Under the pieces are notes generated by a model. It did not search any database. It was not told the origin of the DNA and was given only the letters and a program-made list of their open reading frames with translations. Shown piece by piece: positions 52,301 through 60,893 of a stretch of 64,000 bases of DNA (position 1 is the first letter of the stretch; each line of letters begins with the position of its first letter). A program made the translations under genes and the position numbers. Source of the DNA: an uncultured Bacillales bacterium (lineage in GTDB: Bacteria; Bacillota_I; Bacilli_A; RFN20; CAG-826); contig CAMYVX010000003.1 of the NCBI GenBank assembly GCA_947302535.1, forward strand, positions 6,593-70,592, written 5' to 3'.

Positions 52301-52376
52301 TAAAAGAAACGGCTAGACCGATAACTAAAGAGGCGCCTAAAAAAGCCACCATGATTTTACTAAAAAGATTTTTCAT
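49320..52376 (-). CDS. Surface-anchored extracellular nuclease (Endonuclease I/EndA family) fused to Ig-like (Big_2-type) domains
   Basis: 1018 aa; signal peptide; EndA-family motifs NREHCWCQS, DMHHLRPAEVRLNSTRSNNEYG, KGDVARIILYVY, YQGNRNPFID; Gly7 linker; Thr/Ser-rich Ig-like repeats; C-terminal TM helix followed by RKEEK. Confidence 0.7.
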   Translation of the reverse strand: MKNLFSKIMVAFLGASLVIGLAVSFSKAKNIEKAQAIGNYSTDASTYYNSITATSGTQLAAQLHDLITSTHRYYTSYDDNGSNGYQKNTDRYYENGVAQSGYIYEFYSGVKWPDAWSATAGSTTGGYNREHCWCQSNSVNTSGTQMWGTTGGGADMHHLRPAEVRLNSTRSNNEYGEISNRDSYKVYAKFGTNATYALGGYNSGGTFEPLDSKKGDVARIILYVYLHYNSYSVTTLFGSHGTTNGSGSSSYFSTSLLSLTKITNQSTEAKALEMLLSWNTSDPVDEIEQRRNEQVATYQGNRNPFIDNSGYADDIWGGGSSEPRVNSVSVSPSSLSLDLNGTTSGTLSATVNVSNGAPTTVNWTSSNTNVATVSSSGVVTAKAKGSCTVTATSTYNSNKSASASISVADSSGGGGGGGSSTGDFTWNLAIASYDANPTANSVTWSHSYATMEAIRTDSSKTAANNYLGGDANNRTSSRFYTGNALQITPATNYTITSIVFTATSNNYASALGNSTWTNASASASTTTVTVTPTNGANVISATIGGTCGFTSVVVYYSTESAGTSPLTSITLNTSNVQTEFYSGDTFDYSGLVVTAHYENGTEDIVTPSNVSTPNMSTVGDKTVTVTYTENAVTKTATYTITILSAEITAIYASVNKTFHPGDSISTSDIYVEDNLGNEVTGFTFANNGYQFTYNDAASGGSLTNKEFNITYSELQTTLVVQVQRKAYETPTGTASWNKVTDASDLEIGDMIIIADSGNNLALSDEQRNSNRGAVSVTKSNNTISWTTGEYVPQQLTLTSTSGISSAPSGSFGLSTGSGFLYAASSNANHLKTQKNNDINGAFVITITDGVTRIEATASSNRGQIRSNYNNNPSIFSCYATNATTGNTTEIYKKVESGNETALNVANYIMYEDTNNQCETKFSVAKGYFEGLTAAQRETFMTSSDYVISTARTRLQAWATHLGKTITYSNGDYVISNSHILNPIIDTSNSESLSIIIAISLLAVTGVVGYFYFQRKEEK

Positions 52377-52741
52377 AAGATTTCCTCAGTTCGTAATGAA
52401 CTTTAAAGAAGAGATATTCCCTACGCTTGGTCAGAGTATCAACAGAAATATCTAATCTCAAACTACCACTAGGGTAGCCACGGTCATCTAACGTTCATAT
52501 AAATTAGACTTAGGCTTACTTTTGGTAAGTCACAAATACTTACTGGTGATAGATAAATCTATTCTTGTTCTCCGCATAGGAGGGAAAGGAAACCAATAGT
52601 ATTTGCCCGAACACATCAATTCTTCATTTATTTATAAAGTATGCACGGGACATTGATGTGTTGAGGTTGATTCTCCTCTTTAAAATTCATTAAAAGGGAA
52701 AAGGGACCCTTAGTTTCCCAAAGGTCCCTAATTATTAATAA

Positions 52742-55700
52742 TTATTTTTCTTCTTTTCTTTTTCTAAAGAAGAAGTAAGCACCAACGGCAGTTGCACTAA
52801 GCATAGAAATAACTACGATCAATGAAACAGCGTTATTAGTGTTCATAGAAACACCGACAAGGCTAATGCTTGTTGGAGCAGAACCTAGAGGTTTAAGTTC
52901 CTTCATGAAGGCAGTCATTCCGTGTTTTTGGACACAGACTTCATAAGTCTTCATCATTCTTTCAATACAAGCTTCACCACTGTCATCAGAATATTGTGCA
53001 GTTGCATACTTAATCAAGTTCTTTGCGTACGCTTCTTCAGCGGAACCTAAAGCGGCAGCTTCGGACTTAAATGTATTATATGCAGTTGAACATGCTGACC
53101 ATGCATCATCTAATCCTTTTGTGCAGTTTTCAGTTTCATCCATTGCAGCATTAAATGCTTGAGCGAAGGCTACTGCAACTCTTTGAGCAGCTTTGTGTGA
53201 TGCGTTATTAGCTATATTTTCTGAACCACTAACAGTGTTAACAACAATTTCTTTAACATAAATGGCTTTAGAAGAACTGTTAACCCAATCAATGGAAATA
53301 GTTCCAGATTTGCCACCTAAATCGAAAGTGTAAGCAGTATTTGTGTTGGTGATTGTTTGAGCTGATCCATAAGCAGTTCCACCGACACTAACTTGAACTG
53401 TTGCATTGATGCTATTAGCACCAGATGTATAAACAGTTACAGAATCAACTGTTCCGCTAAATGCGGATGATTGTAATGAAACAACTGAGTATGGATGTGT
53501 TCCAGAACCAAATTGTTGTCCTTTTGTAGCATCATAGCCAAAATATGGCGTTCCATCATCTGTGCCAGACATGGTCCATAATTTTTCGCTAATTGTCCAG
53601 TCACCAGCAGCACTCCAAGCTTTTGCTGTGAATGTATGATCCCAAGAATCTGTTAAACTAGCATTAACAGCGTTAATTGTTTGAGTAACAGTAACAGCTA
53701 CAGATGAAGAAGAAATTCCACCGTATTCGACATGTAATGATTTGCCATCATCTTCGGTCACAAATGTGTATGGAAGTGAAGTAATTTCTTTGCTTCCTAC
53801 ATATAATTCATAATCACCAAATGTAATGTAATCGGCATCACCATTATTCTTCTCGTAGTTAACTTCCCAAGTATCATCGATATTAGATGGGATAGTTGCG
53901 CCGGAGAAGACATCAAAAGCAGATGCGCTCCAATTAACTTCAGTAACTGCACTAGCAATGACACTAAATGTCACGCTGGCAGAATCTGATTTGCTGTTAG
54001 AATCAGTAACAGAACATTGAAGTGTAACACTACCAGCAGCGCTACCACTTAGGGTAACTGTTGCACTTGATCCACCACTTGAAATAGAAGCATAGCTTCC
54101 GCCTGATGTGATTGACCAAGAATATGAATATGGACTTGTTCCACCTTCAACAGATGCTGTAACAGTTGTTGTTTTTCCAGTATACAAAGTTACTGAATTT
54201 GGCAATGTAACAACTGGGTTACCAGAAACTGTTAAGACAAATGTTTGATATTTGCTTGAATCAGCGGTTGATGTACATTTCAAGGTGATTGTACCTTCGG
54301 TACTACCGGCTTCGACAATATCAGCCTCAAATGTATAGTCATTATTGACTGTATTGCTTAAGACAGTCCATTCATATGTTTGAACTGCATCAGCAGGCAA
54401 AATGGTAACTCCAATTTCTGACATATCAAATAATTCAGTTGTTGCCACTTTTCCAGTATTAGAAGCAATTGTTAAACTGCTAACAGGAGCATTAGCAACA
54501 CTAATTGAGTAGGTTGCTGTTTTTGTAATACCACCTTCAGTGTATTTGGCATAAATGGTATGACCATCATGAGCAGCGTGTGTCATGGTAACACCAGACA
54601 TACTTGTCCCTTCAGCAGAATCTAGGTGGAATGTTGTGCTACCAGTAACAGCTTTTGGACTATCAATTGTGTAACTTGCAGTTACAGTTCCACCAAATGA
54701 GAATGTTTCTCCACTAGCGAACGAAGTCTTGTAATCACCGGAAAGAGCAATTGAACTTAATTCGTTTTGAGGTGGAATATAAGCAAACATGTAAACATCG
54801 CCAACACCACTATCTGTCTTGTAGTTTCTCATATCGTGATAACTTGTGTTCATTCTCCAAACACGGCCACTACCAGTAGAAGATGTACATGTGAAGAGGA
54901 TGTATTTGTTGTCTTTGATAGAAGCACTGAATGTTGAAGCATTAGCTTCAGTGTCAAAAGCGTCGTTGCCATTTGAAGTTCCGGTGAATTTCAAGTACTG
55001 ATCACCACATTTAATTTTCCATCCAGATGATGATGAACCTTTTAAAGTAAGAACCATGGCTTCAGTAGAAACGAGTGTACTACCAGAAGCAACACCGTTT
55101 GAAATTGTTGTTGCAGCTGTCTTTGCAGTTAAAGCAACGTGATTGCTAGAAATAGCAGTGTCAACATAATATGTTCCAGAAGTTTCATAAACTAATACAA
55201 ATGTTGTGTCTTCGACTAAGTTAGCAACACTTGTAACGATTGTGTATGTTGTTACTTCTTGATAAACAGCAGTAACTGTTGTAGCACCACTAATAGTTAC
55301 AGTAGCACCTTCGGCGTATTCAACGCCTCCAACACTCCATTTCTTAAATGAATAACCGCTTGAAGCTGTAAATCCTGCAGTAGCAAATGTTACTAATGTG
55401 TATGAACCACCATAAACATTGTTTACAACATAGTTGCTACCTGTTCCGTGATCACCATGAATATAGGTCACTGTATATTTTGCATCTTCAGTCCAGTATG
55501 CAGTATATTCGATATCATCGCCTACTGCTGGTGATTCGTCTCCTGCATCATATAAGGTATTACCACCATCGCTACTCCAACCATCAAACGAATAGTGCGT
55601 TTTTGTACCTGGAGATGGGAATTCGAATTTTTCTCCATCTTCTACGCTCATATCAGCAATAGAGGCACCTCCATCACTATCAAAAGATACTGTCCAATAG

Positions 55701-56641
55701 GTAACACTGTCATCTAGTGCGGTCACCACTAAATCGACATAGACAGAAGTTTGAGTATTACCGGAAATTCTAAATGTTTCAGATCCGGACGTATTACCTT
55801 TTCCTGTAACAGTAAATGAACCAGAACCACTTGAGCATGTAGCAGAACTGCTTACTGTAAAGAGGCCAGATGTTCCGCTTTGGTGAGCAATATTGACTTT
55901 TTGGTCAGTTGCACCAGATGGATTTAAGGTTACAGAAACTGTTTTGGCTGTAAGGTCGCTAGATCCAATTGACAATGCGTTTTGAGATGCAGCACCACCT
56001 AAGGTAATTCCAGTTAATGGTGTCGATCCAGCAGTATAAACTTTAATGGATTTTAAATACGTCCTATATTTTTTGGCAGTTGTATCGACCTTAATCGAAG
56101 TAAGTGTTGTCGATCCATCCCAGGCAAGCTCTTTATCAGCAAACGAACCAGAGGTTGAACCAGTAGTATATGTTGTATATCCTGTACCACTTGTTGCGCC
56201 ATTCAATGACAATTTGATAGTTTTGCCAGTGTCATTTGCCGCAGCTAATTCAAAAACGACCTTTGTTGCCTTGACTTGTCCAGTTGATGACAAATTGAGC
56301 GTTAAAACACCGGCATAGTTGCCAGAGCCAAGTTTAACACCGCAGTTAGATTTGCCTTGATAAACATACGACGCTGTGACACTCGAAACATAAGAATTAC
56401 CACTACTAACAATGTCAGCTAGAGCGGTTTTTGCTGCTGTTCCATCGCTAGAATTGCCGCTATCCTTAAGCGTAATTGTATAAGCCAGGGAATCTGCAGC
56501 ATGTACTGGAGTAGCTTCTTTGCCACTACTAGCAAAAGCAACACCAACACCTACAGCCATCGCTAAGCCGACAAAAGCTATAGCGATTTTTGTAAATAAT
56601 TTATTCATAAATCTAAATCTCCTTTCAATAAAAGTCTCCAA
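52742..56641 (-). CDS. Large surface-anchored protein with Listeria-Bacteroides-type (Flg_new) and Ig-like repeats
   Basis: 1299 aa; signal peptide paralogous to the nuclease gene (MNKLFTKIAIAFVGLAMAVG vs MKNLFSKIMVAFLGASLVIG); YSFDGWS Flg_new motif; C-terminal TM helix plus RKRKEEK; followed by terminator hairpin gggacc...ggtccc. Confidence 0.65.
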   Translation of the reverse strand: METFIERRFRFMNKLFTKIAIAFVGLAMAVGVGVAFASSGKEATPVHAADSLAYTITLKDSGNSSDGTAAKTALADIVSSGNSYVSSVTASYVYQGKSNCGVKLGSGNYAGVLTLNLSSTGQVKATKVVFELAAANDTGKTIKLSLNGATSGTGYTTYTTGSTSGSFADKELAWDGSTTLTSIKVDTTAKKYRTYLKSIKVYTAGSTPLTGITLGGAASQNALSIGSSDLTAKTVSVTLNPSGATDQKVNIAHQSGTSGLFTVSSSATCSSGSGSFTVTGKGNTSGSETFRISGNTQTSVYVDLVVTALDDSVTYWTVSFDSDGGASIADMSVEDGEKFEFPSPGTKTHYSFDGWSSDGGNTLYDAGDESPAVGDDIEYTAYWTEDAKYTVTYIHGDHGTGSNYVVNNVYGGSYTLVTFATAGFTASSGYSFKKWSVGGVEYAEGATVTISGATTVTAVYQEVTTYTIVTSVANLVEDTTFVLVYETSGTYYVDTAISSNHVALTAKTAATTISNGVASGSTLVSTEAMVLTLKGSSSSGWKIKCGDQYLKFTGTSNGNDAFDTEANASTFSASIKDNKYILFTCTSSTGSGRVWRMNTSYHDMRNYKTDSGVGDVYMFAYIPPQNELSSIALSGDYKTSFASGETFSFGGTVTASYTIDSPKAVTGSTTFHLDSAEGTSMSGVTMTHAAHDGHTIYAKYTEGGITKTATYSISVANAPVSSLTIASNTGKVATTELFDMSEIGVTILPADAVQTYEWTVLSNTVNNDYTFEADIVEAGSTEGTITLKCTSTADSSKYQTFVLTVSGNPVVTLPNSVTLYTGKTTTVTASVEGGTSPYSYSWSITSGGSYASISSGGSSATVTLSGSAAGSVTLQCSVTDSNSKSDSASVTFSVIASAVTEVNWSASAFDVFSGATIPSNIDDTWEVNYEKNNGDADYITFGDYELYVGSKEITSLPYTFVTEDDGKSLHVEYGGISSSSVAVTVTQTINAVNASLTDSWDHTFTAKAWSAAGDWTISEKLWTMSGTDDGTPYFGYDATKGQQFGSGTHPYSVVSLQSSAFSGTVDSVTVYTSGANSINATVQVSVGGTAYGSAQTITNTNTAYTFDLGGKSGTISIDWVNSSSKAIYVKEIVVNTVSGSENIANNASHKAAQRVAVAFAQAFNAAMDETENCTKGLDDAWSACSTAYNTFKSEAAALGSAEEAYAKNLIKYATAQYSDDSGEACIERMMKTYEVCVQKHGMTAFMKELKPLGSAPTSISLVGVSMNTNNAVSLIVVISMLSATAVGAYFFFRKRKEEK

Positions 56642-56930
56642 ACCCGTTTTGGTTATTTAGGTTTGTGAGTATGAATAAATATTTGATTAGAACATCAATT
56701 GGTAGGCTTCCAATTACAGCCTATAAGATGACTAATCGAAAATTGTTTGCTCGTTACCTTTTCGAGGGGTAACTCGCAAGATTTGAAAGAAGGTATCTAC
56801 TAAAGAATTATGCATCTATTCTTTAACGATAACTTTTTCAATCAAAGCGTGACGCGGTTTTTGACCTTCTGACCACCAGTCTCACACCTCACACTTATGC
56901 GTATATAATACAAAGAAGAAGAAGAAGAAG

Positions 56931-56957
56931 CAAGCACTCAGTTATATAGAGTGCTAA
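56931..56957. promoter_or_regulatory. CIRCE-like inverted repeat in divergent intergenic region
   Basis: CAAGCACTC-AGTTATATA-GAGTGCTAA, 16 of 18 to the CIRCE consensus; right half is followed by AAGCACTC giving a nested palindrome; overlaps the predicted -35 of the minus-strand promoter. Confidence 0.45.
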
Positions 56958-57203
56958 AGCACTCTAAAAAGTTTGATTATCGTCTTGTTTGATGAAAAAA
57001 TAGGTTCAGTTATAGTAGAAAGAATATGCAATAATTTTTTATCCTACTTAACCAAAATTCAAACAAACATAATAAAAGCTGTTTCCTTTAGAGGCATCAA
57101 TGAAAACTGTCTTTTTAAATATTAATATACAAATAAAATATTAATTTTATTATTTAGGATTGTGTATGATTACAAACAATAATTTAAAGGAGGGTTTTAA
57201 ATT

Positions 57204-57809
57204 ATGAAGAAAATATCACTATTACTTGCCACTTCCGCTCTTAGTGTTATCGCTGTTGGTGCGGTATTAGCAACAAACTATAGTAATGGCGCTCCATTTG
57301 CTAAAGCGGAAAAAAGAAGTGAGAGCGATCCATACACTATCACTATTGACTCAACTAAAAAGGAATTCCATACTGGTGGATTTGATATTAAAACCGAATT
57401 AGGAAACACTATTAGTTTTTCTTCTAATGGTGTTGTTAATCCTTCTACTAGAGAATTAGTTAGTGGCGGTGATGGCTTATATGTTTATAACGATGTTACT
57501 TATTCTGGCCATGACGAAGTTTTAGATAACTTAATCACCAGCATCACTTCTGTTACTGTTGAATTCACCAACAACGATACTGAAAATCCACTATCTATTT
57601 ATGCAGAGACTGATTATTATGATGAAAACGAGCCTAGTAAATATAGCTTTGATTATTATATTTTCTATGATGATGTTGATGAGATTGAAATTGAAAGCGG
57701 TGTAACGTGTGAATTCACCGGAGACAATCTCCCTACAGCTTTTACCATCAATACTGATTCAAACGAAATATCCATTTCTAAAATCACCATCACATATCTA
57801 TGTGCATAG
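57204..57809 (+). CDS. Secreted/anchored protein, family shared with 59297..60679
   Basis: 201 aa; N-terminal signal/anchor; conserved EPYTITIDS block shared with the 460-aa paralog; RBS aaggagg. Confidence 0.55.
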   Translation: MKKISLLLATSALSVIAVGAVLATNYSNGAPFAKAEKRSESDPYTITIDSTKKEFHTGGFDIKTELGNTISFSSNGVVNPSTRELVSGGDGLYVYNDVTYSGHDEVLDNLITSITSVTVEFTNNDTENPLSIYAETDYYDENEPSKYSFDYYIFYDDVDEIEIESGVTCEFTGDNLPTAFTINTDSNEISISKITITYLCA

Positions 57810-57828
57810 TAAAATAGAGTTAAGATTG

Positions 57829-57856
57829 AAAGTCGACAAACAAGGTCGGCTTTTTT
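57829..57856. terminator. Bidirectional terminator between convergent genes
   Basis: Hairpin aagtcgacaaacaaggtcggctt plus a T-run. Confidence 0.55.
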
Positions 57857-57888
57857 GTTTAACGCTATTTTGGTTTTAATATGTTCTA

Positions 57889-58902
57889 TCATTTAATAAA
57901 CTTATTAATTTCTTCTTCAGTAGGCAAGTATTGTTCGATTGCATAGGATGTCACTCCTATCGGGGCATTGCTAGATTTTAAAGACCACTCAACAGAATAC
58001 CTGTCTTTGTTTTTACATAATAGCAAGCCAATCGTAGGATTATCACCTTCTTGTTTAAGTATTTCATCGATAGCGGTAATGTAAAACTGAAGCTGCCCTA
58101 TATATGATGGGTCAAAATCAGTGTTTTTAAGTTCTACAACAACAAAACACTTTAAACTCAAGTGATAAAACAAAAGATCGATATAGTAATCCTTGTGGCC
58201 AGTACTAATTCGATATTGATTGCCAACGAAAGAAAACCCTTTTCCAAGCTCTAATATGACTGTCTTTATACGTTCAACCATCCTTTTTTCGATGGCTGTT
58301 TCTATCATCTTTTCAGATAGTCCATTAATCTCAAAAATGTAAGGATCTTTTAATAAATCCATTGCCAGTTCACTTTGTTTAAGTGGCAAGTTTTTATCAA
58401 AATTAGCAAGTTTTCTAGTATTAATGCCTTGCCTTTCAAATAGTTGTAAATCAATTTGGTGATTGAGAACAATATAGCTCCACCCATTTTCAAAACATTT
58501 GTTGGCATACCAGATTCTTTTGTCTGTATTTTCTATTTTGTCTATTAATAGACAATTAAAAGACCATGGCAATTTTGCCAATGCCGTTGGCAAATTTGAT
58601 AAATCTAAATAAGATTCATAAAATTTCTTCATTCGTGAAAGATTTCTTGGCGAAAAACCTGTATTGTTTGGATAATCTATTTTCAAAGACATGGATAAAG
58701 TATTGATAAAATTAGAACCATATTTTTGATTTTCGCTTATCACTTTCCCAATTCTAAAATACAAACAAATAAGTTCCATGTTGGCATCACTCAACATTTT
58801 ATTTCTTGTTAGTACAATGTCTTTTTTGATGTCTTTAACTAATTTCATCATTTGATCTAAATCAATTGTATCTGCTACTTTTTTCATTAATAAAACCTCC
58901 AA
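57889..58902 (-). CDS. YhcG-like PD-(D/E)xK nuclease-domain protein (DUF1016 family)
   Basis: 337 aa; C-terminal IDLLFYH...VVVELK PD-(D/E)xK signature typical of DUF1016/YhcG proteins. Confidence 0.65.
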   Translation of the reverse strand: MEVLLMKKVADTIDLDQMMKLVKDIKKDIVLTRNKMLSDANMELICLYFRIGKVISENQKYGSNFINTLSMSLKIDYPNNTGFSPRNLSRMKKFYESYLDLSNLPTALAKLPWSFNCLLIDKIENTDKRIWYANKCFENGWSYIVLNHQIDLQLFERQGINTRKLANFDKNLPLKQSELAMDLLKDPYIFEINGLSEKMIETAIEKRMVERIKTVILELGKGFSFVGNQYRISTGHKDYYIDLLFYHLSLKCFVVVELKNTDFDPSYIGQLQFYITAIDEILKQEGDNPTIGLLLCKNKDRYSVEWSLKSSNAPIGVTSYAIEQYLPTEEEINKFIK

Positions 58903-59296
58903 ATCTTCATTTTCGTGTCACTCTTGAAATGATGAGGACTACTGTCAAATTCGTTTTTCATTCGTATTAATATGGTGTTTTTTGGGTAGAAAACAAAAAA
59001 CCATCCAATCAAAACACCTTTTTCAAGATAACAAAACTATTTAAATAGTTTCTACCTTTGATGGTGTTACATTTGATACTGGATGGACTTTAAATAATTA
59101 AGTTCAACAGGTGTGTGGTAAAATGATGCCTTGTTCCACACTTAGGTGCCCTAACACTCACGGCACAATAGTCATATGCACTAAGCATATGATCAAAATT
59201 ACTATAACAAATTGTGCGAGTTATGTATAGTATTCTCTCGCATATTGTGGAAAAAATGTGAATGAATAAATCTAGTGCCTTGAAAACAAAAAATAA

Positions 59297-60679
59297 TTAT
59301 CTATAGACAACTTTCATTCTCTTAATCCAAATATTGTGTTTTTTGATGTTGTCTGGGTCTCGGTACTCATTAGGAACATAAAATTCAGCCTTATCAGATG
59401 TGAAGTTCGTCCAAACAACCTTACTCATAGCCTTATTTCCATCTGTTTTATCTTTTAAACCGCTGTATGTTGTAAGCGTTCCGTTTGTTGTTTCAAATTG
59501 ATCAATTCCAACTGGGTCGGATTGTGAAGGTTGATCCATATTCATATAGAAGATAACTGCTTGAATTTTGTCTGGATTAAATGGTTCACAATTGCCGTGG
59601 CCTTTGCGATCAACATTTAATTCAAGATGGGTCAAGTAATTACCCCTATTGAAATGTTGTGCAATAAATAATTCGTTAACATTGTCTGTTAGCGCTGTTG
59701 GGAAAGATGTTTTATCATCTTTCACGCTGTTGAGTGGATAATACTTGTTATTCTTGTTTTTTACATAAGTAGTTAATTTATCGCCTGAAGTGTCTACACC
59801 TTGGTCAAATAATTCTGTTTCAGCTTCTTCAAATTCTGCCACATAAACATAGGATTGATTTGGTTCTGAGGTGAACGTTATATCGAAATCTCTACTTACA
59901 ATTTCTTCACTGCCATTTAAATGCCAACCTTGGAATGATGCAAAATACTCAGTTTCATAATTGGTGAGTGGATTGGCGTGAATTGTGATTTGAGTTCCAT
60001 TGGTCACAATTTGTTCGTTGCTTCCATAGCCTTCGATTGAAACAGTTCCATAACTTTCGTTTGTGGAAGAGACTTTTACTAAGTTTTTAAGATTGGAACA
60101 ACTAAAATAAAATTTGACTGATGTGACTTCTAAACGATATGAATATGCCATGTTTTCGTTTAATTTCATAGAAATATAATTTCCATGACTTTGGCTACTA
60201 GGAATATCTATTGAATAAGTTTGAACCGATGTTGCACCAATTATCTTGTCAGCGCTATAAACTGAACTTGTTTGTTTTGGGTCAATCCTTGTTTCTGTTC
60301 TAAGAGTTGCGGCGGTTGGACTTGAACCTCCATAGACATAAGCGCTTATATCGATTTTATATAGGCCAGTCATAGCAGTTTCGTTTTTTAAATACCCAAT
60401 ATTTCTTTGCCAATAAAAAACATCTTCACCAATAAAATTAACTGAATTGGTAACAAATGTGACATCGTTACCAAGACCTGTTTTGAATATGCCTCGATAA
60501 ACATCGCCATCTTGAACAAAATTAGATCTATTCGATGCGTTAATTGTTAATGTGTATGGTTCGTTCTCAGCATTTGTAAATGAAGAAAAACCCGATTTGT
60601 TTGATAATAAGGCAACTGAAGCAAAAACTCCAATAGCCATTGTGCTAGTTAATAAGAGGGTCACACTTTTCTTTTGCAT
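59297..60679 (-). CDS. Secreted/anchored protein, paralog family of 57204..57809
   Basis: 460 aa; N-terminal signal/anchor and EPYTLTINAS block. Confidence 0.55.
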   Translation of the reverse strand: MQKKSVTLLLTSTMAIGVFASVALLSNKSGFSSFTNAENEPYTLTINASNRSNFVQDGDVYRGIFKTGLGNDVTFVTNSVNFIGEDVFYWQRNIGYLKNETAMTGLYKIDISAYVYGGSSPTAATLRTETRIDPKQTSSVYSADKIIGATSVQTYSIDIPSSQSHGNYISMKLNENMAYSYRLEVTSVKFYFSCSNLKNLVKVSSTNESYGTVSIEGYGSNEQIVTNGTQITIHANPLTNYETEYFASFQGWHLNGSEEIVSRDFDITFTSEPNQSYVYVAEFEEAETELFDQGVDTSGDKLTTYVKNKNNKYYPLNSVKDDKTSFPTALTDNVNELFIAQHFNRGNYLTHLELNVDRKGHGNCEPFNPDKIQAVIFYMNMDQPSQSDPVGIDQFETTNGTLTTYSGLKDKTDGNKAMSKVVWTNFTSDKAEFYVPNEYRDPDNIKKHNIWIKRMKVVYR

Positions 60680-60893
60680 AAAAATACCTCTCCACTCAAA
60701 AAGTTATTTATCATTATATGCCTATGCGTGTCAAAGTGTCACAGTTTTTTAAAGAATCCTTAATACCTAAGTATCAAGGATTGGTTATCAACATGGAATG
60801 ATTTACCTTCTTTAATACAATGTCCCTCAGGTATCTCATTTTGTCCCTGAGCCTCTTTTGAAGAACACATTTTATCCCTCTTATTTTTTCAGC

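Noticed and set aside
56913-56930. (AAG)6 repeat as a CRISPR-like or coding repeat
   Set aside because: It is a single 18-nt microsatellite with no spacer-repeat periodicity. It is interpreted instead as a promoter-spacer SSR.
57665-57892. ORF 57665..57892 (-) overlapping the 3' end of the 201-aa gene and the bidirectional terminator
   Set aside because: It is antisense to a supported gene and crosses the terminator.
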